Shown: in pieces, positions 21,885 through 32,674 of the stretch
How the letters are laid out: each line of letters opens with the position of its first letter
How positions within the stretch are numbered: the stretch's first letter is position 1
Origin: Candidatus Krumholzibacteriota bacterium
GTDB taxonomy: Bacteria; Krumholzibacteriota; Krumholzibacteriia; JAJRXK01
Assembly: GCA_963727455.1 (NCBI GenBank)
Contig: CAVSGG010000007.1
Location: 32,001 to 96,000, forward strand
Reading direction: 5' to 3'
Length of the DNA: 64,000 nucleotides
The notes under the pieces: generated by a model
The model's input: the letters and a program-made list of their open reading frames with translations, nothing else
Databases searched by the model: none
Told to the model about the DNA's origin: nothing
Program-made: the position numbers and the translations under genes

Positions 21885-24155
21885 ATGAGCAACGAGGAGC
21901 ATTTCAGCGAGGCTTTGGACTATCATCGGCGTGGTCGCCCGGGCAAAACCGAGGTTCGACCCACCAAACCTTGTTCCACCCAGCACGACCTGAGCATGGC
22001 CTACACGCCCGGTGTGGCCGAGCCGTGTCTGGAAATCGAGAAGAACCCGGACGATGCGTTCCTGTACACCAATCGCGGGAAATCTCGTCGCCGTGGTCAC
22101 CAACGGCACGGCGGTGCTGGGACTGGGAGACATCGGACCTCTGGCCGGCAAGCCGGTCATGGAGGGCAAGGGGGTGCTCTTCAAGCGATTCGCCGACATC
22201 GACGTCTTCGACATCGAGCTGGCTACCAAGGACGCCGACGAGATCATCCACGCCTGCGAGCTTCTCGAGCCCACATTCGGTGGCATCAATCTGGAGGACA
22301 TCAAGGCGCCCGAGTGTTTCTACATCGAGGAGACGCTCAAGAAGAAGCTCGACATTCCGGTCTTCCACGACGATCAGCACGGCACCGCCATCATCGCCGG
22401 CGCAGGGCTCTTGAACGCCTGTCAGTTGACGGGGCGGAAGCTCGCCGATCTGAAGATGGTGGTCAGTGGAGCCGGGGCGGCGGGCATCGCGTGTTCGCGC
22501 TTCATGGTCGAGCTGGGGGTGCGCAAGGAGAACATCATTCTCTGCGACTCCAAGGGCGTGGTCCACGAGGAACGCGACGATCTTAACCCGGTGAAATAGC
22601 AGTGGGTCGCCAAGACGAAGGCCCGCAGTCTCGCGGAGGCGTTGAAGGGCGCCGACGTTTTTCTCGGCGTCTCGATCAAGGACCTGGTCAGCCAGGACAT
22701 GGTCAAGAGCATGGCGAAAAAGCCGATCATCTTCGCCCTCGCCAACCCCTATCCCGAGATCACCTACGAGCGGCCAAAGAGGCCCGCCCCGATGCCATCG
22801 TGGCCACCGGCCGCAGCGACTATCCCAATCAGGTGAACAATGTGTTTGGGTTTCCCCTTCATCTTCCGCGGTGCGCTCGACGTGCGCGCACGGGGCATCA
22901 CCGAAGGGATGAAGGTGGCGGCGGCGCAGGCGCTGGCCAAGCTGGCGCAGGAGGACGTTCCCGATTCGGTGCTCAAGGCCTACAGCCTGGACCGCCTCGA
23001 GTTCGGGCCTGACTACATCATTCCCAAGCCCTTCGATCCGCGCGTTTTGTGGTACGTGGCTCCGGCCATCGCCAAGACCGCCAGCGAGGAAGGGGTGGCG
23101 CGCGTTCCTCTGTCCGACGTGCAAGCCTACGCCGATTCTCTCCAAGCGCGCTTCCAGGCCTCCTACAACCTCATGCAGGCGGTACGCGTGCGCGCGCAAC
23201 AGAAACCCAAGCAAGTGGTCTTCCCCGATGGCGCGGATCTGCGCTTCCTCCGCGCGGCGCGGCGGGTGGTGGACGAGAACATCGGGCTGCCCATCCTCTT
23301 GGGTGGTGAAGAGGAGATCGAGAAACTCGCGAAGGAGCGCCACATTTCCCTCGCCGGAATCGAAGTCCACGATCCCAACTCTGAACGACGGCTCCCACGA
23401 TGATCTGGCCGAAGCTCTTTTCCAGCTGCGCGCGCGCAAGGGTATGACTCTGGCCGACGCCAAGCGCGCCCTACGTGATTCCAACATGCATGCCGCGATG
23501 ATGCTGCAGTCGGGGAAAGCGGATGCGGTGGTAGGGAGGTCTTGACCAACTACTACCCGGAGACGATCCGTCCCGCACTGCAAGTGTTGCCCATGGCGCA
23601 GGGCCGTACCACGGTCTCGGCGGTATACGTCTGCATCCTGGGGCAGAAGCCTTACCTTCTGGCGGACTGCGCGGTGAATCAGGATCCCGACGCGGAGAAA
23701 TTGGCGGAGATCGCGCTTTCCACCGCCGAGATCGCGCGTAGCCTGCAGATCCAACCGCGCGTCGCGCTGCTTAGTTACAGCAATTTCGGGAGCGCACGCG
23801 GCCTGGAGGTGACGAAGGTTCGCGAGGCGGTACGGATCTGTCGCGAGAAGGAACCCGATCTGCCCCTGGACGGGGAAATGCACGCGGATACCGCAGTCGT
23901 GGAGGAATTGCTCATGAAGCGCCATCCCTTCAACCGGCTGGGACGAGCCGAGCGAACTGTCTCATCTTCCCCAACCTGGCTGCGGCGAACACCGCCTACA
24001 AGCTGTTGCACCGTCTGGGTGGTGCGGAGCTCATCGGCCCCATCCTGAACGGGCTCTCCAAGCCGGTTCACGTGCTCCAGCGCGACGCGGAAGTTGGCGA
24101 CATCGTCAATCTGACCGCGATCGCGGTGCTGGACGCCCAACGCCGCTCGATCTGA
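21885..24155 (+). CDS. maeB: NADP-dependent malic enzyme with PTA-like domain; several frameshifts and an in-frame TAG at 22597
   Basis: [45 protein letters not shown]; SYSNFGS, DGEMHAD, GPILNG in PTA part. Confidence 0.92.
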
Positions 24156-24199
24156 GCGAGAGGGCGCGGCTAGGGCTGAAAGAGCGGAGTTTTGGGCGA

Positions 24200-24232
24200 G
24201 GGCGGGCTCGGGATCGCGAGCCGGGCCCGCCC
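24200..24232. terminator. GC-rich hairpin downstream of maeB
   Basis: GGGCGGGCTCGG / CCGGGCCCGCCC 12-bp stem, no clear U-tract. Confidence 0.35.
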
Positions 24233-24391
24233 GCCACCGCAATCCTGTGGAAAGAATAAAAGCGTATAAATGAGCTCTCCGGCGAGGCCGGACTGGAAAC
24301 GGGCAGGGTCTATGCTCGATAATTGAGAGGTGCATTCATCGTGGCTTCAGTTCGTGGCCCGGTGTTTCTCGCAGTTCAGTCAGGAGTCGCC

Positions 24392-26369
24392 ATGGCCCGC
24401 CCCCGTCGCTTCCATTTCACCCCCCTCGCGCTCGTTTTCGCCCTACTCGCTGACGTGCGTCCTCGCCTGGACCGCTTCGGCCGGGGCCCAGACCATCACT
24501 TCCACCCTTTTCGGGCAGAGCGCCGCCGCGAACGGTCACTACAGCCAGTCCGTGCGCGACGCGGGGGATCTCAACCACGACGGCGAGCCGGACCTGGTCA
24601 TCGGCGCCCCTCTGGAAATGTTGAGCGGATTGGAAGAGGGCCGCGCCTTCATCTTCTTCGGAGGCAGCCAGGAACGTCTGCAGCTCCAGGGCACCGGCAC
24701 GCAGGAGCACTTCGGCTGGGCCGTGAGTGGCATTGGCGACGTGAACGGCGACGGCTTCGACGACCTTGCCGTGGGGGCTCCCCTGAACAACGCCGTGGCC
24801 AGTGAAGCGGGCCGGGTCTACGTCTTTTTCGGCGGCGACCCCATGGACGGCACTGCGGATCTGATTCTGAGCGGAGAGATCGCGGAGGACCACTTCGGCT
24901 GGAGCGTGTGCCGTGGCGGCGATCTCAACGGCGACGGCAAGCCGGACTTCCTCGTGGGCGCTCCTTTGGCAAATTCCCCCGGACAGGACCAAGGGGCGGT
25001 CTATCTCTATCTCGGCGCGATCGGTACACCCGCGAGCACCTACGCCAAACGTTTCACCGGGGAGCAAGCCGGCGATCAGTTCGGTTACTCGGTGGCCGAC
25101 GTGCCGAACTTCAAGGGCGACGGCACGCCCGGATTTCTGGTGGGCGCGCCGGACAAGGACCTTCCCATTCTCAACGGCGGGAAGGCCTATCTCTTCTTCG
25201 CCGGGATAGCCGGAGCACTTCCGGCCTCGACCGCGGCTGTGCAGTTCGTGCCGCCCGCCGGATCTCCTTCGGATCTGTATCTGGGATGGTCGCTCAGTCA
25301 GGCCGGGTATTTCAACGCGGACAGTCGCAGCGACGTGGTGATTGGCGCGCCAGGATACCTGGCCGACCGTGGCTACGTGGCCGTCTATTACGGTGCCGCC
25401 TCTCCTTCGGCACAGCCCGCGGCCGATCAGACTATCGAGGGAGCGACCGGTGGCGATCGCTTCGGCGAAGCGGTGGCCGACGTGGGGGACTTTTCCGGGA
25501 ACGGCCGTGGGGACCTGGTGGTGGGTGCACCCTACCGTGACACTTTGGGCATGGATGCGGGCGAGGCGTATTACTTCGAAGGTGGCGCGAGTTATACTTC
25601 GGCCAGCCAGGGTAGCTTGGTCATCCGTGGCGCTTCCGCACTACAGTCGCCGCCGGGAGATCTTCTCGGCAGTTCGATCTCCATCATCGGAGATCTCGAT
25701 GGCGACGGCCGGCCCGAGTTCGCCGTCGGCGCGCCGATGGGAAACAACCCCTCCAACGCAGTCACCGGCTACGCCGCTCTCGTTTCCTCGGCCGGCGTGC
25801 CGCTGCCGGTGCTTCCCACGCGCATGCGCCAGCGCTCGCTGATCGATGGCGGCATCGAGCTTCACTTCGTTGGTCAGGTAGTCGACGCCGCCAGTGCGGT
25901 TCTGCTCGCTACGGGCAACGGTGAGAGGATCTTGGCCAGCTTGGATCAGGGCCTGAGCCGCGAGGACCAGGGCCTGGTGGGGCGCTTTACGCGCGCGCAG
26001 CTTTCTGGAGTGGATCAACTCGAGCTGCAGTGGTCTTTCGGGGGTGACAGCCTGACGCGCGACGAGAACTTCACCCTGCAACTGCCCGAGCTGCGTTTCC
26101 GCTTACTCCCGCCGGTGCCGAATCCCTTCAATCCCTCCACGGAGTTGAGCCTCGATCTGCCACGCGCGATGCAGCTGCGCTTGCGCGTGGTGGATGCGAA
26201 GGGGCGTCAGGTGCGCACCCTGTTTCGGGGCATGGCCGGTCCCGGGCAAATCCGCCTGCACTTCGACGGACGCGATGACCGCGGACGGCTCCTGGCCAGC
26301 GGGGTCTACACCTTCGTGGTGCAGAGTGAGCGTTCCCAGGACTCGGTGCGCGCCCTCTTGCTGAAGTAG
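24392..26369 (+). CDS. Secreted FG-GAP repeat (integrin-alpha-like propeller) protein with C-terminal FlgD-Ig/T9SS-like domain; probable frameshift near 24450
   Basis: Seven GD.NGDG..D..VGAP-type repeats; PNPFNPST...GRQVRTL...DGRDDRG..LASGVY. Confidence 0.88.
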
Positions 26370-26410
26370 TCAATCCCTGGAGTAAATGCTCTTCCGGTCC
26401 TGGCCTGCGC

Positions 26411-26426
26411 TGGCCTGGCCTTTGCA
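26411..26426 (+). promoter_or_regulatory. Probable sigma54 -24/-12 site upstream of HD-GYP gene
   Basis: TGGCCTGGCCTTTGCA, 70 bp before ATG. Confidence 0.45.
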
Positions 26427-26495
26427 ATTCCTCTGCAGGCGGCGGAAGAGTCTCATTCCGCGGAGGGGAGCCACCGGCTTCCGCCGCAAGAAACT

Positions 26496-27971
26496 ATGGC
26501 GCAACCTAATACACCCCTTGAAGTTCCCGCGATTCGCAGCGAGGATTCCATTCTCCAGACCGGGTCGAAGCCCTCGCAGCTGATTTCGCTCACTGCGATG
26601 GTGTGCGGTGTGTTGCGCAATAGTGCCCGCTTCTCCTGGCTCGACCGCGAGGTCTACAACCAGACCCTGGTGCTGCAGCAGGTCATCTCCGACCTGGCCA
26701 AGGAGGAGCCTCTGAGCCTTCGCTTTACCCCCGACGGCCTGCAAATGGGGGAGGAGGTCATGGTGAGCCCTCCCAAGGCCGCGCGCCAATTTCATGCCAT
26801 GGCGCTGCGCAAATCCGTCCAGGAATTGGTCTTCGACTGCGAAACCACCGTCGGGGAAGTGATGACGCTTTTGCGCCTGCTGCAGAACAAAAGCAGCATC
26901 GTCTTTCTCGAAGAACGCAAGCGGATGCCCCACATCGAAATCAAGCATCAGATGGGAAAGGGCAGCATCGAACTCCCCGACGAGGAGGGATATCCCGCGC
27001 CGGCAGTCCTCGGACAGAGCCGGGTGAGCACCATGCTGGGCAGGGGAGAAAAGGAAGGCGACGCGGTGCGCAACATGGTCACGGGGATTACCAGCGCGAT
27101 CGACGCCATCACCGAAGCGAGAAACCGTGAAGAGGAGATCGAAGAGCAGCAGCCACTCTCCGATCTCGCCCATCATCTCGACGAAGCGACCGAAGTCACT
27201 CTCATTCTGGCGAGTTTGCGAGCGCACGATCCCTATACCTACGACCATTCGATCAACGTGGGACTTCTCTCCATTGCCCTGGCGCGCGCGATCGGTTGGA
27301 AGGGCGCTGATCTGCGTGAATTCGGCGTCGCCGCGCTGATCCACGACGTGGGGAAGCTCTACACCCCGCTCGAAGTGCTCAACAAGCCGGGTCGTTTCAC
27401 TCCCCAGGAGTGGGTGGTGATGAAGCGGCATCCCGCCGATGGCGCGGAGATTCTGCGCGAGGCGGGAGTTGGCAACGAGCTGGCACAGAAGATCGCAATC
27501 GAGCATCACACCAATCCCGACGGAACCGGCTATCCGCCGCTTCCCTACAGCGAGCTCCACACCGGTTCGAAGATCGTGAAGATCGCCGACTGCTACGACG
27601 CCTTTACCACCATCCGTCCCTATCGCAGCCAGGCCCGTCCCTTCGAGGTGCTGAAGATGCTGCGCCGGCAGGGGGGCACGCAATTCGACGCGGAACTCGT
27701 CGAGGTCTTCTGCGAGATGATGGGGGTCTATCCCATCGGCAGCGTGGTCAAAGTGACCACAGGTTCGATCGGTCTGGTGGTGCAGACGAATCTGGTTCTG
27801 CGGGAAAGGCCCATGATCCGCATCCTGCAGGACGAGCGCGGTAGGAAGCCCAAAGAGACCGTACTCGTCGATCTCGCGCGCAAGGACGAGAAGAGCGGCG
27901 AGTTCCTGGACGAGATCGTCGAGTGCATCGACCCCGTGATCCGCAACATCCCGGTGGGGCGTTACGTGTAG
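26496..27971 (+). CDS. HD-GYP domain phosphodiesterase
   Basis: YTYDHSINV, IHDVGK, EHH...DGTGYP, IADCYDA.TT.RPY, GTQFD. Confidence 0.92.
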   Translation: MAQPNTPLEVPAIRSEDSILQTGSKPSQLISLTAMVCGVLRNSARFSWLDREVYNQTLVLQQVISDLAKEEPLSLRFTPDGLQMGEEVMVSPPKAARQFHAMALRKSVQELVFDCETTVGEVMTLLRLLQNKSSIVFLEERKRMPHIEIKHQMGKGSIELPDEEGYPAPAVLGQSRVSTMLGRGEKEGDAVRNMVTGITSAIDAITEARNREEEIEEQQPLSDLAHHLDEATEVTLILASLRAHDPYTYDHSINVGLLSIALARAIGWKGADLREFGVAALIHDVGKLYTPLEVLNKPGRFTPQEWVVMKRHPADGAEILREAGVGNELAQKIAIEHHTNPDGTGYPPLPYSELHTGSKIVKIADCYDAFTTIRPYRSQARPFEVLKMLRRQGGTQFDAELVEVFCEMMGVYPIGSVVKVTTGSIGLVVQTNLVLRERPMIRILQDERGRKPKETVLVDLARKDEKSGEFLDEIVECIDPVIRNIPVGRYV

Positions 27972-28012
27972 GTAGGCGCTGCCCTCTTTCTGCGCTATCA
28001 TGAGCCGCACTC

Positions 28013-29012
28013 ATGAGCGCACTCTCGCGGCCTCCCCTGGTCGAACTCCATCTTCATCTGGAAGGCTGTCTCACTGCTGCCCGCGCGCGGGCGCTGTGGA
28101 GCGAGCGTCCTTCCATCGCGCCAGCCCCTCGTGGGCGGGCTTCAGGACGGAAGCTGGCGCTTTCGCGATCTGGAGGAGTTTTTGCGGCTCTTCGCATGGG
28201 CCGCCGGCTCTTGGACTGACCTGCGGCCTATCTGCAATTGCTGCAGGACACCGCCGGCTTCCTCGAAGTCGCAGGGCATCGTGTACGCCGAGCTCTTCGT
28301 GGCCTTCGGAGTGATGCATCATTTCGGCCGCGATCCCAAGGAGATCGTGCCCGAGCTGGCGCGACTGGGCGAAGGCACACGCGCGCGAAGGGAGGAGTCG
28401 ATCTTCGCTTCATCGCCGACGGGGTGAGGCAGTTCGGGCCACAGGCCGCGGCGCGCGTGCTCGAGGACGCGCTGGCGCATGCGCGAGCGGAGGGTGGTGG
28501 GCCTGGGGATCGGGGGAGACGAGAACTCGCTGCCCGCAAGCGCCTTCGCGGAGGTCTACGCGCGGGCGCGCGAAGCGGGTCTGGGAACCACTCTGCACGC
28601 CGGGGAAGGAACCAGCCCATGGGCGGTCGCTGAGGCGATGGAACTCGGGGTGACCCGCATCGGCCACGGCATCGCGGCGGTTGAGGATCCCGGCCTGATG
28701 CGCGAATTGGCAGAACGGGGAGTCGTTCTCGAGGTGTGCCCGGGCTCGAATCTGTGCTCGGGGGCCTGGAGGCAGGGCAGGGCCAGCCATCCCTTGAAGC
28801 GACTGGCCGAAGCGGGGGTGCGCGTGTGTCTGGGCAGCGACGATCCCAGCTTCTTCAAGACGAGCTTGAAGGGCGAGTGGGAGGAGTGCCTGGCTCACGG
28901 CATCTCGCATCTCCGAACTGCGCGCGTGGAACGAGGGAGCGGTTGCGGCCGCCTTCTTGTCCGAAGAAGAAGCTCTGACGGCGTCTTGCAGCGCGTCCGG
29001 AAAGAACCCTGA
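28013..29012 (+). CDS. add: Adenosine deaminase; multiple frameshifts
   Basis: ELHLHLEG, YAELF, GIGGDE, LHAGE, RIGHG, EVCPGSN, SDDP. Confidence 0.85.
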
Positions 29013-29062
29013 GATCCGGCGGCAAGACGGTCGATTCGCAAGAAAGGACGAGAGACGAATTC

Positions 29063-29841
29063 ATGGCCTTTCGAAGCATCTATTCCTGGAACGTCAACGG
29101 CGCCCGTTCGGTTTTCAAGAAGGGCTTCATGGATTGGTTCGAAGGGACGCGTCCCGACGTTCTCTTTTTGCAGGAAGTGCGCGCCGAACTGAATCAGGTC
29201 CCCGAGGCCATGGCACAGCCCGCCGGATACCACGTGTTCTGGAATCCCTCCCGCGCTCGAGAAAGGGCTACAGCGGCACCGCTCTGTACAGCCGGAGAGC
29301 ACCTCTCCGCGTGGAATTCGGAACCGGGGTGCAGAAGTACGACAGGGAGGGACGCACCATCCTGGCCGAGTACGAAGACCACTATCTCCTCGGCTGCTAC
29401 TTTCCCAACGGCGGGAACGATCACGGACGCGTTCCCTTCAAGCTGGGCTTCTATCGCGCGTTCTTACGCCTATGCGAGGAGCTTCGCCAAGAAAAGCCGT
29501 TGATCTTCTGCGGCGACGTCAACACGGCCCACAACGAGATCGACCTCGCGCGTCCCGCGGCCAACCGCAATACGACCGGCTTCTTGCCCGAGGAAAGAGC
29601 CTGGTTGGACAAGGTGCAGGCGAAGGGCTACGTGGATGCGTTTCGGCACTATCACCAGGGCGAGCCCGATCACTACACCTGGTGGTCGCACCGTATGAAC
29701 GCGCGCGAGCGCAATGTGGGGTGGAGAATCGATCACTTCTGGGTGGCCGAGGAAATCATGGAACGCTCGAAGAGTTGCTTTCATCTGCCTCAGGTGCGGG
29801 GCAGCGATCACTGCCCGATCGCTCTGCAGCTGAGAGCCTGA
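29063..29841 (+). CDS. xth: Exodeoxyribonuclease III / AP endonuclease; frameshift near 29255
   Basis: SWNVNG, LQE, GYSGTA, YFPNG, GDVNTAH, YTWW, GWRIDH, GSDHCP. Confidence 0.93.
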
Positions 29842-29861
29842 GCTCAGAGGAAGGCGGCCGC

Positions 29862-30500
29862 ATGAAATGTCCCCTCTGCGGAAGCGAGGCGACCGCGCCC
29901 TATCTCCCGGAATCTCTCGACGCCTACCGCGAATGCGCGGAGTGCCGCCTTGTCTTCCTGGAACCGCGCGCCCGCATCGGCCTTCAGGCCGAACGTGCGC
30001 GCTATCTGCAGCACCACAATTCTCCTTCGGACGAGGGTTACCGTCAGCATCTCATGGGCGCCATCGAGCCCCTGGTGGAGGGCCTGAAGTCTCGCAGCGC
30101 GCGGCGGCAAGAGCTGGGCGAAAGTGGGGGCGGGGCGGGCTGTCTCGGTCTGGATTTCGGTTGTGGTCCCGAGCCGGTGGCGCAGCTCCTCATGCAAGAG
30201 AGGGGCTATCCTTGTCTCAACTACGATCCCTTCTTCGCCTTCGAGCCCGAGCTGCTGCAACGCCGCTACGATTTCGTGCTCTGCATCGAAGTCGTCGAAC
30301 ATCTGCGCGAGCCCGGTCTGGCTTGGCAGCTTCTCCATCGGCTGCTTCGACCAGAAGGGGCACTCGTCGTGCGCACCGAATTGCTGGATGCGAAGATCGA
30401 TTTTCCCACTTGGTGGTATCGACAGGATTCCACGCACATCTGCTTCTATCGCGCGGGCACCATGCGTTGGCTGGAGGAGCGTTACGCTTGGAGGAAATGA
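29862..30500 (+). CDS. Class I SAM methyltransferase with N-terminal zinc finger
   Basis: CPLC...CAEC, LDFGCGP, EVVEH, WWY..D.THICFY; end may extend to 30547 through a frameshift. Confidence 0.85.
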   Translation: MKCPLCGSEATAPYLPESLDAYRECAECRLVFLEPRARIGLQAERARYLQHHNSPSDEGYRQHLMGAIEPLVEGLKSRSARRQELGESGGGAGCLGLDFGCGPEPVAQLLMQERGYPCLNYDPFFAFEPELLQRRYDFVLCIEVVEHLREPGLAWQLLHRLLRPEGALVVRTELLDAKIDFPTWWYRQDSTHICFYRAGTMRWLEERYAWRK

Positions 30501-30556
30501 CGCAGCCGAACGAGTCGGTGCGAATCTTCGTCAGGCAGGAAACATGAAGCGGCAAT

Positions 30557-30718
30557 TCATCCCAGATATTCGCGCAGGAAGCGCCGCGTAAAGTAGGTTC
30601 CCGCCGCGAGCCCGATGACGCTCAGGAAGAAGGCCGTCATGAAGCCGAGAAACGCGCCGAGCCACCAGCCGAGATAGGACCCGACGGATGCTCCGACCAT
30701 GACCAGCAGGCGATTCAT
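30557..30718 (-). CDS. Small (53 aa) Gly-rich membrane protein
   Basis: MNRLLVMVGASVGSYLGWWLGAFLGFMTAFFLSVIGLAAGTYFTRRF...; purine-rich RBS. Confidence 0.6.
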   Translation of the reverse strand: MNRLLVMVGASVGSYLGWWLGAFLGFMTAFFLSVIGLAAGTYFTRRFLREYLG

Positions 30719-30862
30719 TCCAATATCCCTTCTCACCAGAAATGAGCGTGATCTTCCCTGAAATTCCGCGGAAGGGGGGACACTGCCGCGGAAATGCGCG
30801 GAACTAGCAATCGCACAAAGCATAAAGCGAACCGGAAGCGCTACTGAGAGAGGGGTGGGAAA

Positions 30863-32551
30863 TCAGCCGGCGATCTCCCGGAGACGTTCCTTCTCGTGTG
30901 CGATGCGGTCGTCATCGATCTTCTCGAAGAGGATCCCCGGATTGCCCAGAGGATGGGCTTCCTTCAGCATCCAATCGTCCTGCACCCAACCGCTCGCGAA
31001 GAGGTCATCTTTCAGGTTCAACGCGTCCCATAGTCTCTGCATGGAGAAGGGCAGGATCATTGCCCACAGCCCGGCGAAGGCCCGGATGAATTGACAGCAG
31101 ACGAAGAGGCTGGTCGCGCAGCGCGCCATGTCGCTCTTGCGCGAGACCCAGGGCTGCGCTTCGTCGAAGTAGCGGTTCGCTTCCTTGCTCAAAAGAAGGA
31201 GCTGTTCGGCAGCGGAGCGCATCTGGAAACTTTCCATCAGCTGGCGTACTTCGGTGGCGACCTCCTCGATGCCTGCGAGCGCCTTCCGGTCTCTCTCCTC
31301 GAGCGTTCCTTCGGCTGGAACCTTCCCGTCGAAGTAGCGGCTTACGAAGGTGAGGGTGCGGTTGATGAAGTTCCCCAAGACGTCCGCCAGCTCGTTGTTG
31401 TGGCGCGCCTGAAAATCGTCCCAGGTGAAATTGGTGTCGCGCGATTCGGGGAGGTTGCGCGCGAGGCAGTAGCGCAAGCTGTCCGGCTCGAAGCTCTTCA
31501 AATAATCGGGCAGCCACACCGCATAGCCGCGTGAGGTCGAGAGCTTCTTCCCTTCGAGGTTGAGAAATTCGTTGGCAGGGACGTTGTCCGGCAGCACGTA
31601 GGCCTCGCTGTTCGCATGGAGCATCGCAGGGAAGAGAAGCGCATGGAAGACGATGTTGTCCTTGCCGATGAAGTGGATGAGTCGGGTCTTATCGTCTTGC
31701 CACCAGCTGCGCCACTCCTCGGAGTTTCCTCTGGCCTCCGCCCATTCGCGCGTGGCCGAGATATAGCCGATGGGGGCTTCGAACCAGACGTACATGACCT
31801 TGCCCTCGTGCTCCGGCAGGGGAACCGGGACTCCCCAGTTCAAGTCCCGGGTCACCGCACGATCTCCCAGACCCTGCTGAAACCAGCCGCGGCAGTAGTT
31901 GAGTACGTTTTCCCTCCAGTCGGGATGCGAGCCAATCCACTTCTCCAGGAACTCCTGCATTTCGCCCATGGGGAAGAACCAGTGCTCGCTCTCTTTCAGT
32001 CCCACGCTTTCACCGTCGACCACGCTGTGCGGATCCATGAGCTTGTCCGGTTCCATCTGCGAGCCACAACTCTCGCACTGGTCACCGCGCGCACCCTCGG
32101 CGCCGCAATAGGGACAGGTTCCCTCGACGTAGCGATCTGGCAGGAAGCGGCCGGCCGACTCGCTGTAGAACTGCAGGGTCGATTTCTTTTTCAGGATTCC
32201 CTGGCCAAAAAGATCGAGAAAGAACTCGCTGGAGGTGCGGTAGTGAATTTCCCGGCTCGTCTGCGAGTAGTTGTCGAACTGCACTCCGAGGGCCTCGAAG
32301 CTCTCCTTCATCGTGAGGTAGTTCCGATCGACCAGCATTTTGGGAGAGATGCCCTCTTTCTCGGCCGCGAGGGTGATGGGGACGCCGTGCTCGTCGCTCC
32401 CGCAAATGAAGAGAACCTCATCCCCGATGATCTTCTTGAAGCGAACGAAGATGTCCGCCGGGACGTAGACTCCGGCGAGGTGTCCGAGGTGGATCGGGCC
32501 GTTCGCATAGGGCAGAGCGGCCGTGACGAGGGTTCGCGCGAAATCCGTCAT
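30863..32551 (-). CDS. metG: Methionyl-tRNA synthetase without C-terminal tRNA-binding/dimerisation domain
   Basis: ALPYANGPIHLGH, GSDEHG, CPYC/CESC knuckle, FIGKDN, KLSTS. Confidence 0.96.
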   Translation of the reverse strand: MTDFARTLVTAALPYANGPIHLGHLAGVYVPADIFVRFKKIIGDEVLFICGSDEHGVPITLAAEKEGISPKMLVDRNYLTMKESFEALGVQFDNYSQTSREIHYRTSSEFFLDLFGQGILKKKSTLQFYSESAGRFLPDRYVEGTCPYCGAEGARGDQCESCGSQMEPDKLMDPHSVVDGESVGLKESEHWFFPMGEMQEFLEKWIGSHPDWRENVLNYCRGWFQQGLGDRAVTRDLNWGVPVPLPEHEGKVMYVWFEAPIGYISATREWAEARGNSEEWRSWWQDDKTRLIHFIGKDNIVFHALLFPAMLHANSEAYVLPDNVPANEFLNLEGKKLSTSRGYAVWLPDYLKSFEPDSLRYCLARNLPESRDTNFTWDDFQARHNNELADVLGNFINRTLTFVSRYFDGKVPAEGTLEERDRKALAGIEEVATEVRQLMESFQMRSAAEQLLLLSKEANRYFDEAQPWVSRKSDMARCATSLFVCCQFIRAFAGLWAMILPFSMQRLWDALNLKDDLFASGWVQDDWMLKEAHPLGNPGILFEKIDDDRIAHEKERLREIAG

Positions 32552-32674
32552 CGTGTTCCTCTTCGTTCGATACGAGCTGCGAAGCCGCCAGTGTAGGGGG
32601 CCCATCCCTCGGCGGCAAGCGGGGGAGCGTCTTTGGCGCAATCCTTCGCTAGCGCGCAGCAGGGTTCAAAAGCT

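Noticed and set aside
22597-22599. In-frame TAG in maeB as amber recoding or pyrrolysine
   Set aside because: TAG is the normal stop of secY, map, rpmJ, rpsM and rpoA here, and the same gene has several indel errors; a base-call error is more likely.
32634-32650. sigma54 site upstream of the SLC13 permease (TGGCGCAATCCTTCGCT)
   Set aside because: GG-to-GC spacing is 11 rather than the required 10.
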